Origin: Prorocentrum cordatum
Taxonomy: Eukaryota
Direction of reading: 5' to 3'
DNA length: 64,000 nucleotides
NCBI GenBank assembly: GCA_963575745.1
Contig: CAUYUJ010000261.1
Span: 1-64,000, forward strand
The notes below the pieces were generated by a model. The model did no database searches, was not told the DNA's origin, and saw nothing but the letters and a program-made list of their open reading frames with translations. The position numbers were made by a program, and so were the translations under genes. This document shows positions 50,661 to 63,150 of this stretch, piece after piece (the stretch's first letter is position 1; each line of letters opens with the position of its first letter).

Positions 50661-51327
50661 CAGAACTATTGAGGGACACGAGGTAGTCGATCCCCCAATC
50701 GAGTGGTATCCTCCGCGTGCCTGTCCGTCCGCTTCCCACGCCCTCCAGCGTGGACAGCCGGCTGCGGGTGTCCGAGGCGTCCACGCCCAGGGACCGGACC
50801 TGGGCCGCCGTCTTGAAGGCCTCGCTGGCGGCGAGGCGCTGCTCGACAGTGCCGCCCTCCCCTGCGGAGGGCCCGCGCGCTGAGCCGCCGCTGCCGGCGC
50901 CGGGCACCACGCCTGCAGCGCTCCCCGACGCCGTGCGCCGGATGGCCTGCTTCGTGCGAGTGCCGTCGTCTGCTCCTCGCCTGGCTGCGCCGGCCGGGCA
51001 GGCGCGCCGCGGCCCAGGCGGAGGGCCTCCGCGAGGGTCTCCGCGAACGACGCCCCCGACGGCGAGGCGGAGGAGAACTCGAAGAGGAGAAAGACGGCAT
51101 GCGCGAAGCGCCAAAAGTTTATGTTTAATTAGGGCGTCTTTCTTCTTCCGTGAGGCAGATCTTCATCGTCCTTGCAGGGTGCGGCAGGCGCCCGAGGCGG
51201 TGCTGCAGGGGGCGAGGCTGGAGTGCCTCCTCGGCGAGTCCCTTGTGCAGCAGTTCTAGGGGGGCAGCTTGACGCCTGGCATCCTGTCGGCCCTCATCCG
51301 CACCCCGGTGCGCCCCTCTGATTACGG

Positions 51328-51522
51328 AAGAAGAAAAAGCGCCATTGACATAAACTTGTGGCGCTCCGCGCGGATTTCTTGGATCGGCGCTGGGCCCCCC
51401 CTAGCGGCGCCTCCGGCGCCGCCCCTGGCGCGCTCCGCGCGCAGGGGAGGGGGGTCCGGGGCAGATCCAAGAAATCCGCACGGAGCGCCAAAAATTGATG
51501 CTTATGGCGTCTTTTTCTACTT
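51328..51522. mobile_element. MITE-like fold-back, ~200 bp
   Basis: ~70-bp imperfect inverted arms (agaaaaagcgccat...tggcgctccgcgcggatttcttggatc / gatccaagaaatccgcacggagcgcca...atggcgtctttttct). Confidence 0.7.
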
Positions 51523-53144
51523 CTAGTATATCCTGATTCTCCCGCGCTTGCCCCTGGCACGCCGGTTGGTTGCTGAGTTGGCTGCTGCTGAGGCGGCGGC
51601 TGGCGCATTGCCCTGGAGGGCCTTCATGCCCTCGTTGAGCTGCTGTCTCGATTGTAAGAGAGGGTTCCTGGACACCGCCAGATACTGCTGGTGTGGCGTT
51701 TGGCTCCAGCGTTGCTCCCTGCGAAGGTCGTGGTCTCCCTTGCCACGTTGGTAGACATGTGGTGTGTGAAGGATGTGCGTGTATGAAACGCACGTCGCAC
51801 CAACACGATTGAAGGTGTGATAATGTCGTAAGAGCTAGAAGGAGGGAGGATATGACACTACACGCGTACTACAGATGCCCACGTATATCATGGACGAACC
51901 GTGTGTAACATTTCAAAGCAAACGAAAACCATAACATTGAAGTCAGCGGTTCCAGTGATACCCCACCTGGGTAGTTTCCCTTTCAACTCAGATTTCATGG
52001 ACAACAGGGCAGCTTTCGGGAAGGTCGACGTCGGGGGATGCTATGTTTTTCGATCGGGGCGGGGCCCCTGGAGAAGATGTACCCCCGCTCTTGTGCGCCA
52101 CGTAGAAGGACGCCCCGTCACAGCTGAAATGGATATACACATCCAGACTATTTTGTGTAATAGTGATGCTACCTATGTTAAATCCTCGCCGACCTCGAAA
52201 TCGACGCGCCCTCGCATGTTTCTCTCAAAACCTGCAAGAGACACGCCTGGCAACACGTGGGCGAAAACAAAGCCAAGTTGTCGATGTACCTGGCCGCTGC
52301 GATCTCTTATCCCCTGTTTTCGGAGTGACTCGCGCGAACGGGCCACAACTTATCTGCCAAGCATTCGTTTACTGAGAGGACAATGGGGAGAATGCTGTCA
52401 CCCAGAGGCCCCCCAATCGGGGCCCCGTTATTCTGGACAACGAAAAAATTCCCGAGCCTGAACATTCGCATCCCCATGAAGCACTCCAAGCACCGACGGA
52501 TTGTGCATCGATGAAGCACTCAAAGCAATTCAGCTACTCCCCTTTTCCTCGTCCTCGCCCCCCTTCGCATTCTTCCCTCCTACTCCCCCTGCTCCCATTC
52601 CGTCTTCCTCACCCTGCTCCTTGGCAGGCGTGTAAATGACGCCGGCCTTGCCGAGCTTGCCAGCTTCTCTCCGAAAACCCTTCTGCTCTCTCAAAAGGCT
52701 ATTTGGGAAACGAACCTGGTTATGGTAGGTTCGTGCGGCGTTGGCGCACCAGCGACGCCGGCGAAGGCGTTCAAGGTTGAATTCTGTGACGCGGAAGCAC
52801 CGATGGACACGGTAACGCCCCTGGACTCGATTGAGTTCAATTTTGAGTGATTTGGGCCGCGATCGATTCAAGGTTGAACGATCGGCGCGGTGTCAAAAAC
52901 TTTTGCGCGTGCCGACGCCACACGAACTTGCCGTAGCAGCGCCCTGCTGCGCGGGCGCGCGACCTGTGCGCGAGCTGCCTGGGAGCTGTGCACCTCTTCC
53001 CTTCGCCCTCGTCGGCCTCCCCGCTTAGGTGATCTACGGGCCCTCTCTTTACTTTTACACGCACGGCATCGCCTTGGTCATCGCGGTCGTTTTCCACAAG
53101 CATCAGGGCGCGGAGCACCCGCCCACGCTCATCAAGGCGGCGAG

Positions 53145-53146
<2 letters not shown>

Positions 53147-53214
<68 letters not shown>

Positions 53215-53282
53215 TATGAATATGAATATGAATATGAATATGAATATGAATATGAATATGAATATGAATATGATGATGATTT

Positions 53283-53330
<48 letters not shown>

Positions 53331-53468
53331 TGACGAGGAGGAGGAGGAGGAGGAGGACCACAGTAAGCCCAGCATGGCCCATGGTGCTTATCATTATGAT
53401 GGTGGCGCTGATGCTGATGCTGATGCTGATGCTGATGCTGATGCTGATGCTGATGCTGATGCTGATGC

Positions 53469-53536
<68 letters not shown>

Positions 53537-54029
53537 GGGGAGGATAAGACACTTCTGCGGCGGAGGACGACGACGACGAGGAGGCTGGGGGGAGGAGAGT
53601 GAGCACGACAAGGAGGAGTAGGAACAGGAGGGGGGATAATTAGGAGGAGGACGAGGAGGAGGAGGAGGAGGAGGAGGAGGAGGACGAGGACGAGGATGAG
53701 GACGAGGACAAGGAGAAAGAATAGGAGAAGGAGAGAGAGAAGCCCATGGCATTGGCCTCAACGGTCATTGGCGGGCGCCGGAGCTATGAAAGGGGCGATG
53801 CGGGACGAAGAGCGACCCGTGCGGTGCAGGGCTTCTTTTCCATCAGAGCGACCGCGGCTTTCCGATGGCGCAGGTCTCCCGATAACCCTGGTCCCTTGAT
53901 ATTAAACCCCTGGTGATAATGAACTTCGGGGTCCAGGGGGGGATACTAAACGATTTCCCAGCAGGAGGATGATAAGGATGGTGATGATGATGATGGTGAT
54001 GATGATGATTATGGTGATGATGATGATGA

Positions 54030-54090
<61 letters not shown>

Positions 54091-54121
54091 GTGATGGTGA
54101 TGGTGGTGGTGGTGGTGGTTG

Positions 54122-54181
<60 letters not shown>

Positions 54182-54185
54182 CGAC
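53147..54185. repeat. (GAT)n, (GAATAT)n, (GCTGAT)n and (GGA)n microsatellite cluster
   Basis: Direct inspection. Confidence 0.9.
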
Positions 54186-54789
54186 GAGGATGGTAATAAA
54201 CTCTCAGGCGGGAAGGGGGGGTCTCCTTTCTTATCCGGGGGGGGGGTAATCCACGGCCTCCGAGCTGCTGGCGGCGCTCAACCTCGAAAGCTCTTCGCCT
54301 GGGCCGCCGCCGCCGCGGTCTGGGCCAGAGCGGCTGCCGCTCTCCGAGGAGGCGGCGCGAGGGCGGGCCCGGGCCGCGCCTCGCGCAGCGCGATGCGTGA
54401 AGTTACGGTCGGCAGCTTTTGGTTGGCGTGTCGTTCCGCCGGCTCCGGCCCACCAGGCTTCGGTCGGGGCTCGAGAGGCGGGGGTCCGCGCAAGCGGGGG
54501 TCAGTCAGAGCGCCGGATCTTGCAGGATCCTGCAGTGCAGGGCCAGGGGTGCATTGACCCGGGCGTGGGATCTCGCAGGACCCAGGCCTGATTGACCCGG
54601 GTTTGGACTGACCCGGGTCGGAAGATCCCCGATTCGGCGCGACACGCTATCCACGTCCCAGCTCCTAGGCGTCAGCGCCCGAGCCTTTCTCAGGGTCCCG
54701 CCCCGCGGAGCGGAGCGACACGCTATCCGCTCGCATGGCATGAGCGTGTCGCCAGGGCCGCCCCTGGACGCTGTGCTCCACCCATCCCC

Positions 54790-55266
54790 GAGATCCGACG
54801 TTGCAACAATGCTGCAGCATCGCAGAAAATCACGCCCGAACCCCCCCATCCCCATCTTTCTGCGTCATTGCTCGAGCCGGATCGACCTGGGAGGGCCCCG
54901 GGGCCCGGAGCCGAGCGAAAACGCCCGTGGCGACAAGCTTGCAGCGCCAGGACCTCGGGGGCCCCTCCCCCTCTGCGGGAGCAGCCCCGCTTGCCCGACG
55001 CAGCCCCGCGGCCGGGCGCAGCGCGAGCGGCGGCCTCTGCTCTGCACCTTTTTCGGCGGGGCCCGCAGAGCGGGCGGAGTGTGCACACGCACCGCTCCTG
55101 GCGGGGCTCAAGTCGGGCCTGTCCCTCTGCAGGGGAGTGTTCCAAAATAGTCCAACGAAAATAGTCTGGGGACGATTTTGGCGTATTTCTGAGCACTTTT
55201 TGAACATTTGCTCGACAATGTTTGATTTTTCCTGCAACATCAGCCTGTAGGGGGACAGGCCCGACC
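54790..55266. repeat. Repeat family B, second copy (partial third at ~55787-55960)
   Basis: Colinear with 31290-31823, including the inverted pair at ~55112 and ~55244. Confidence 0.75.
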
Positions 55267-56364
55267 TAAGGCTGGGCTCAGGCTGCACCTGCTCTGGATC
55301 GGTGCATGTGCACACGGTCCTTTGGGAGCGTTCGTGAGGGAATGTGCCCAGGAGGCTTCAGAGCCTGGAGGATCCCTCATCTGATGAGGGCGGCGGTGAT
55401 ACCCTGATTGGTGTTCCGTTGGCTTCCGGAGTCCAAATTCCCCACCTACTAAGGGAATGCCCTCTGAGGGCATTCCCTCAGATGAGGTGTTCTTGGCATT
55501 TCCAAGCCCGCGGCCTCTAAGCGTCGCCATTCGGCTCCCCTTGGCACAGGTGCTTGCGCGCCAGTAACATCCGAGCGCGCGGACGCAGCGGACCGAAACA
55601 AAATCTTACGATCAAGGGGCACGGGGTCGCTTCCACAGATAGGCGTGCCGGCCCTCACCGTAGTTCCCGCTCACAGTAAATCCGCATCCTTCCCCTCCGG
55701 CCCACCCCGTGGCCGCTTTCACTGGCCGCGCCCCGTTCGCAAAGTGCCGACAGTGCCTTCCAAGGCCCTAGCATCTAGTTCCCCTGAGATCCGACGTTGC
55801 AGCACAAATTGCAACATATCGCAGAAAATCACGCCCAGACCTCCGGACCCCATTTTTCTGCGCCATTGCTCGATCGATCTGGACAGGTCCCGGGGCCCGA
55901 AACCGAGCGAAAACGCCCGTCGCGAGCAAAACTGCAACGCCAGGACTTCTGGGGCAGTGCCCTTCTCCTCTCGAAAGCTGGCCTCCCGGGGCCCGAGGCC
56001 GCGAGCGGGGAGCCCAGAGCCTCTCTGCGTCCCCCGCGGCCGGCGGCGGGCCCCGGCGGGCGCCCGCCAGCGCGTCCTGTCGGCGAGCTCGGCCCGCGTT
56101 CTCTGCGCTGCCGGTGGTGCCTGTCTCCTGCGCTGCCGGTGGTGCCTTAAAAGCGGGGCCCGAGGGAGAGGGTACTTTCTGAGACGGGCGGTGCCGAAGT
56201 CTCGAGTCCGCTCGGTTTGGCCCGCAAGGTCGTCGCACGACGCTCACACTCGCACGTCGAAGTCTCAGATGCAACGCCGCGGCCTCAGAAGTCCCTGTCG
56301 CTGGCGTCCCTTTAGGAGACGCATCATCGTCTGCCGCGGCGGCGCGGCGGTCGAGGTTCGCCGT

Positions 56365-56732
56365 GGGCGAAGGGGGTCCTGAGGGAGACGGGTCCTGAGG
56401 TTTTCAGGCGATCGCAGACGTAGATCAAGGGGGCGTGGATCAGCGACGGGCCCCGTTTCCCGGGGAAATCGCGGATTTCTGCCGCTGGGCGAGGCGGCAC
56501 CAGCCGCACTGTGGGGAGGGCACCTCTCCCGATCCATGGATTTGGCGACCGCGCGCCAAATCCATGGATCGCTAATCCATGTTTGCGCGTCCCCGAGGTG
56601 TGTCGCCGTGTTCGGGCTTTCGGGGCCCTCCACGGGCCCCGGGACCGCCAGGGAATGACTCAGGATGAAACACGCCGTCCTGGAGGATGGCCCCAGGGTC
56701 CAGGACCCGTTTCCCTCAGGACCCGCTTCCCC
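56365..56732. mobile_element. MITE-like palindromic element, ~370 bp
   Basis: TIR gggtcctgagggagacgggtcctg / caggacccgtttccctcaggaccc, and a central perfect 17-bp stem gatccatggatttggcg / cgccaaatccatggatc (56531-56570). Confidence 0.7.
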
Positions 56733-59409
56733 CATGCTAATAGGTGGTGAACGTGCTGAGGAAGGCGGATCCCATGTACATGCTTCAGGCTGGTGGCGCC
56801 CGGTTCATGGAGAGGGAGAAGGAGGGGGGGGGGGGGGAAGAGAGAGAGAGAGAGCGAGATATTTGTGCACATGTAACTACACGGAGAGAGAGGGAGAGAG
56901 AGGCAGCGAGAGAGAGGAGAGAGAGAGAGGAGAGAGAGAGGAAAGAGAGAAGAGAGAGAAGAGGGATAGACACGAGGGAGAGAAAGAGAGAGAGAGAGAG
57001 ACAAAAGAGAGATGGGGAGAGAGAGAGAGAGAAAGACAAAAGAGAGAGCGTTCCCAGACCATGGCGAGTGTACCACGCGCGTCCTGCAAGAATTCACGAA
57101 TGTGCGGCTGCTGGTGACGGAGAGGCCAGTGGCGTGCTCTTGGAGCCAAGCAGCTCTTATGGCGCGAACACTGCTTAGTAGCTTTGCAAGCTGACGAACG
57201 GTTCGGGTTGGTAGATTATCTCGCTTCGCGCAGCATCTGGCCGCGGACTGGACGGGAGCGCTTGCGGAGGTGTGTGCACATCAATTTGCGTTGCCACACA
57301 TATCCGCCTCCGCTGCGGTTGGGGGGGGCGGCTGCGGAGAGGTGTCAGGGGCTCGATGGGATGGATGTGGGATTATCCCGCCCCCCACCGTAGGCTTCGC
57401 CTTTCTCATTTTTGTTTGTCGGAGGGCCGAGAACATTTGAGGGCCTGGGGCAGAACGAACGGACGCGGACGCGTGTTGTCGCGTGTTGGCGCGTGCTCTC
57501 GAGCGCCTCGGGAGCAGGAGGGAGAGGGTCAGGAGGCGGAGCGAAGGGTGCCCGCGACCTCTGGCGAACCCTGCCAACCCTGCAGGTCCACTCGACGCTG
57601 GGGCATCGGGCACCCCCGCTGGGGCGCACCTGGCTGCAGGCATCCTTCGGATTCTGGGCTCCGGCCAGTCTGTCAGAAATCTGTGGGGAGAGTCCACATT
57701 CGGAGGTTGATAGACCTCCTACCCTGACACGTCGATTCGCGAATTGGCCGTTTTCGGTTTGCGAGAGGGAGTCGCGTCCGTCGTTTTTTCGGGTCCAGGT
57801 CCGTCAGTTTCGGTCCGGTCCTAGGCCGTTTTCATTACAGGGAGGTTTACGAAACGGGAGGTTTGTCCACCACCGACACACGTGGCTGCCAAAGGGTGAG
57901 CCTGAGTGAGCACGGTAGGTGCGCGTCGTGCCGACCGGCGGCGACCCCGACGTTGCTTTCAAAGTTGAACGCCGCAGGCGACCCAGAATCGGTCGACGCT
58001 GAACGAACGGACGTTTCGGAGACGCCCGATCCTTCGAGTTTGAACGATCCTCGGGGTGTCAGGAACCGACGCCAGGCTCGGCACGACACGAATTTGCCGT
58101 AGGATCGCGTTTTCTTCTTACGCCTTTGCCAAAGGGTGAGCATGAGTGAGTACAGTCGGACTCAGGTATAAGATCGAGGTCGGTCTGGGGAGGATACCCT
58201 GGTGTTCTTCGTGTTCGTTGGAGGATCTTGATCACGCTGGGGAGGGTACCCTGGGATGTTCTGCTTGCTTTGGGCCGACGGAGGGCCGCATGCTCTTGAA
58301 GGATGCTCGCCTGGCCTAGGCCCGATGCAGGATGATCAAGGGAGGAAAAACCACCCGGACCGCACAATTGGCGTTTACGAAACGGCCTTTGAGCGTTTAC
58401 TAAACACCCCTGCCCTGCTCGGTTCCTTCAGTGGGGGCGTTTAGTAAACGGCCTCGCTTGTCGGGGTGGTTCTTCTGGGGGGGGGGGATTCTCTGCCCTC
58501 CAGGGAAGGAGGCCGCGTGTCTCCTCTCACGCGAGCCCGCGGAGCCGGCGCCGTGTGGCCGGGCGAGGGGGCGCCTTGTGCGCCCCAGCGGCCGGGAAGG
58601 CTCCCTGGGCTCCGCGCCGCCCCTGCGAGCGGCAGGGCCGCGGCGGGCGCGCACGCCACCCCCCGCCCCCCTCCAGCCAGCGTCTCACTGTCAGTCTCTC
58701 CCACTCCACACCCCTTTTCCTCCTCCTCCTCCTCCGCCTCCTCCTCCTCCACCTCCTCCTCCGCCTCCTCCTCGTCTGCCTCCTCCTCCTCTTCCACCTC
58801 CTCCTCCTCCGCCTCCTCCTCACCCTGCTCCTCCTCCGCCTCCGCCTCCGCCTCCGCCTCCTCCGCCTCCTCCTCCTCCTCCTGCTCCTCCTCCTCCTCC
58901 TCCTCCTCCTCAACCTCGCCGTGCGGTCTCCTGACTCTCGGGCCCTGGCCGATGCGGTGGAAAAAACCCAGACCTCCGATGTCTTCAGTTGTTCAAGACG
59001 GGATCCCCAGAGCTCTGGACCGCTTCCATGGGACCGGCTCTTCTTCCCGGATCGTTTTGAGACGCTCCCCGGGCCTGGCGAGGGCCCCCCAGACGCCGAA
59101 AACGACGGAAAGCCTCAGCCTTCATTTTTCTTCCATGCGATGGAGGTCTGGGCACAGAACAGAGCAAAGTCCACGTCCTCACCGCTGTCCCTGTCAGACA
59201 GCTGCACCCTGGCTCTAAGCCCGCCGTGCGTTGGTTGGTTCTCCGACGGAGCACCTGCGTCGGACATGCATCCCGTAGGAGTAAGTCGGGCCTGTTCCTC
59301 CAACAGGGGGAATATTCAAAAATATCCCGGCAAAGCAACCTAACAGCGATGTGAAAGAGCATATCTGGAAGCACTCAACTTAAGATTCATGTAGGATTCC
59401 TGTTGTAGA

Positions 59410-59880
59410 ACGAACGAGACACTGCTATGAATGGATTTAGTTTCGAACGACTCACTGCTTTCGATAACTGTATCTCCAAACGAGACACTGCGATCAATGG
59501 ATTTACGCTCAAACGAGACACTGCCATCCATGGATTCAGCCCCAAACGAGACACTGCTATCAATGGATTTAGCCCCAAATGAGACACTGCGATCACTGGA
59601 TTTATCTTTGAACGAGACACTGCTATCAATGGATTTAGTTTCGAACGACGAGACACTGCTATCAATGGATTTAATTCCAAACGAGACACTGCCATCAATG
59701 GATTTAGCCCCAAAGGAGACACTGCTACTAATGGGTGTAGCCCCAAATGAGACACTGCGATCACTGGTTTAATCTCCGAACGAGACACTGCTATCAATGG
59801 ATTTAGTTTCCAAGGATTTAGTTTCGAACGACCCACTGCTTCCGAGAACTGTATCTCCAAACGAGACACTTCTATCAATG
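59410..59880. repeat. ~38-bp minisatellite (aacgagacactgctatcaatggattta...)
   Basis: About 12-13 tandem copies with a short variable tail. Confidence 0.9.
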
Positions 59881-59884
59881 AAAC

Positions 59885-61974
59885 ACATGCGCACAAGGAC
59901 CTGCAGGAACATTTTTTCTACATCACGGAGGCTACAGTCCACAGCACGTTGATGAGCACCGCTCACAGCATGCTGAGCAGCAACGCTGTCACAGTGACGA
60001 AACAGTAAAGATTGCAGGTGACTGAAAAGCACCGCCGTGCCCACTGCCAAGATGCAACCACATCTCCCTGCCCTGCAACTCGAAGAGGGAACGCCTGCGC
60101 ACTGCATGAACGTGCAGCCTGCTGCACTAAGACCTCACCATGCTGAGGAGCAACGCTGGTACGGAGGTCCCTCACACGGCGTCTCGCCCACACACTACAC
60201 ATTCACAAAGGATCTCCCTCGATAACTGAATGGGCCGGACATCCAAGTATTTCAGCGGAGCGGTGATTTGCGCCAAAGCGCTGACACCAGAAGTGGTGAT
60301 CTTCGCGCAATCCCGCAACTTCAAGATCGATAAACTAGAGCTGTGATGCACAAGGGATTGTGCCGCTGCATCAGTCAGCTGACAGCACAAGCTTGTATCT
60401 AGCTCTTTCAGCAAGGGCAACCGATAGCCACTGCTTGTATGGCTGCGTCGGTCAGAGACTCCAGCTAACACAGCCCAAGGATTTCAATGTGCGGGCACTG
60501 CTGCGCAAGGGCACAGATGGCGGTGTCGGTAACTTCTGGCCTCCGCAGACGGTCTGTGCATGGCGAGGAACTCCAGATGATCTATGAACGCAACCGTGGA
60601 CAACCCTGCGCAACTGCGAGGAAAGCCGCATCTGTCAGATTTGCACATTCGTCCACACTCAATTCTTCTATTCGGGCGCACCTTTGCGGCACCGCTTGTA
60701 TGGCAACATCACCAATGCCACTATCTTGGACGTCGAGGCTCTCCAGGAGAGGACAGGCTTGACTCACAATTTGCAGTGCGCCATCATTGATGTCGTTGCC
60801 CCCAAGGTCTAGTCGCAACAATTGAGGGCAAGCTCGTGCAATTGCTTTGACAGCATAATGCAGGCTCCTTCCATCGAAGAGAGCGCTTTCCACTCTGAAC
60901 TCAGTCAGATTAGGGCAAGCCTTGGCTAGCAGCGCCTACTTCGTAGTTGTGGGAGCATGAATCTTACCGTCTTCTGAATCATGATTGAAACCCAAGCTGC
61001 GCACTGTGCTCGGACTGTCTTTCATAATTTTGTCACAAGCAAAGCAAAGTTCATCCTCGTCCACGCCACTGACGGTGACTACATCTGCACAATGAATTTC
61101 TATGAGCTCCCAGAGGGCATCCGATATCTGTTTCTTGTGAGCAGCGATTCTCTGTGCCAGCCGGTGCTCGCGACGCTGAGGCTCGGTAGTCGGCTTTTTT
61201 TATTTGATGCGGGAGGCGTCCGAAGTACAACACATCTTTCAATCGCTTTTCCACCGCAGGCTCCTGCTGCCCGATGTCGTCCCACAACTTGGACCAGCAC
61301 ACGATGTCTCTGCTAACCTTGGGATAATAGCCGAGATCCTTCGCTGCTTGCATGAGAGCAGCGCTTTTTGCGCGCAGTGTTGCGGGGTCTACTTCTGGAA
61401 GCAAACGCTCAGGGTCACTGGCCTCCGCGACGAGCTGCTCGTCGTCAGCAGGCTGAAAATCACCGCCAGGCGCCCGCAATTCATGCAACACGTCTTTGGG
61501 GATGCTGTCCCGGTGGACTGAGAAACGTTTAGCCAAGCTGTTTTCGGCCCGCTCTTCTTCGGATGTTCCTTTGTTTTGCTTTGGTATCCGGCAGAGCTCC
61601 CGAATCGCATTCACGACCTTTTGCGCGGCGCGCGACTCTGAGGGCAAAGCACCGTCAAGGGCCCGCAATTCCTGCAAAACGTCTTTGGGGATGCTGTCGC
61701 AATGGTCCGAGAAACGTTTGGCCAACTTGTTTTCGGCCCGTTCTTGTTCGGACGTTCCTTTCTTTCGCTTCGGTATCCGGCCGAACTGCTTCACGTCCTC
61801 GACGAGCGTTTGCAGAGGACCGTTCAATGCAGCAGGCTGAGGAGCACCGCTGTTCAACGCAGCAGGCTGGGGAGCGCCGCTGTTCAATGCAGCAGGCTGA
61901 GGAGCACCGCTGTTCAATGCAGCAGGCTGAGGAGCACCACCGCTGGACTGAGAACGACCAGCATGTCCTGGCAT
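59885..61974 (-). pseudogene. Intronless gene: GAPQPAALNS repeats, helical HA-like repeats and cysteine-containing LRRs; has stops and frameshifts
   Basis: VKQFGRIPKR...ERAENKLAKRF twice, plus degenerate copies. After a frameshift at ~61195 the frame continues through one TAG into ACPNLTEF...ACPQLLRLDLGGNDINDGALQIVSQACPLLESLDV...CANLTDAAFLAVAQGCPRL (FBXL/AMN1-type LRR). Confidence 0.75.
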
Positions 61975-62031
61975 TAAGGTGCGCAGTAGGCGCTGCGCAG
62001 TTCCTTGGAAAGGAAATCTTCGAAAGCAGGG

Positions 62032-62053
62032 CTCTAGCCAAGAAGGCTACGGA
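62032..62053 (-). other. Relict spliced-leader-like sequence
   Basis: TCCGTAGCCTTCTTGGCTAGAG, 57 nt upstream of ATG 61974. Confidence 0.8.
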
Positions 62054-62054
62054 G

Positions 62055-62085
<31 letters not shown>

Positions 62086-62289
62086 GGAGGAGGAGGAGGA
62101 GGAGGAGGATAGTAGCAGCAGCAGCGCCAGTAGCAGCAGCAGTTGCCTGTGTCTGTGATTGGTTGTACAGGGAGCCGTAGAGGGGGCCGTACAGGGAGCC
62201 AGTCACAGGCACAAGGCACAGGCGACCAGTCACGTATATGTATATGTGCACGTGCATGTACATGTATATGTATATGTGTTCAGTCTGTC

Positions 62290-62731
62290 TTCAGCTTCGG
62301 CCTCAGCCTCCGCCTGCCTCAGCCTCAGCCTGCATCAGCCTCAGCCTCAGCCTCAGCCTGCCTCAGCCTCAGCCTGCCTCAGCGTCTGCCTCAGCCTGCT
62401 TCAGCCTCAGCCTCAGCCTCAGCCTGCTTCAGCCTCAGCTTCATCCTGCCTCAGCCTCAGCCTCAGCCTGCTTCAACCTCAGCTTCAGCCTGCCTCAGCC
62501 TCAGCCTCAGCCTGCTTCAGCCTCAGCCTCAGTCTGCCTTCAGCCTCGGCCTCGGCCTCGGCCTCAGCCTCAGCCTGCCTCAGCCTCAGGCTGCCTCAGC
62601 CTCAGCTTCAGCCTCAGCCTCAGCCTCAGCCTCAGCCTGCCTCAGCCTCAGCCTGCCTCAGCCTCAGCCTGCCTCAGCCTCAGCCTCAGCCTGCCTCAGC
62701 CTCAGCCTCAGCATTCTCAGCCTCAGCATCA
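62290..62731. repeat. (CCTCAG)n microsatellite
   Basis: Direct inspection. Confidence 0.95.
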
Positions 62732-63150
62732 GCATTCAGAATGTGGCCCGGGAGTGAAGTTCTGGGAATTCGACGAGCACGAAGTGGCTTACAGTTGGCC
62801 CCGGGCATTCAAAATGTGGCCCGGGAATGGACTTCTGGGAAGTCGAAGAGCACGAAGTGGCTTACAGTTGGCTCCGGGTATTCAGAATGTGGCCCGGGAA
62901 TGGAGTTCTGGGAACTCGAAGAGCACGAAGTGGCCTACAGCTGATTCCGGGCATTCAAAATGTAGCCAGGGAATGGAATTCTGGGAAGTCGAAGAGCACG
63001 AAGTGGCTTACAGTTGGCTCCGGGCATTCAAAATGTAACCCGGGAATTGAGTTTTGGGGGCTCGAAGAGCACGAAGTGACCTACAGTTGGCTCCGGGCAT
63101 TCAGAATGTGGCCCGGGAATAGAGTTCTGGGGACTCGAAGACCACGAAGT
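62732..63150. repeat. 73-bp tandem repeat, ~5.7 copies
   Basis: Unit starts at 62732, 62805, 62878, 62951, 63024 and 63097. Confidence 0.95.

Noticed and set aside
57135..57165. Weak SL-like matches here and at ~48218
   Set aside because: Too degenerate and not followed by a credible ORF.
59410..59880. CRISPR-like repeat/spacer appearance
   Set aside because: The variable parts are ~10 nt and recur; this is a tandem minisatellite, with no cas genes and a eukaryotic context.
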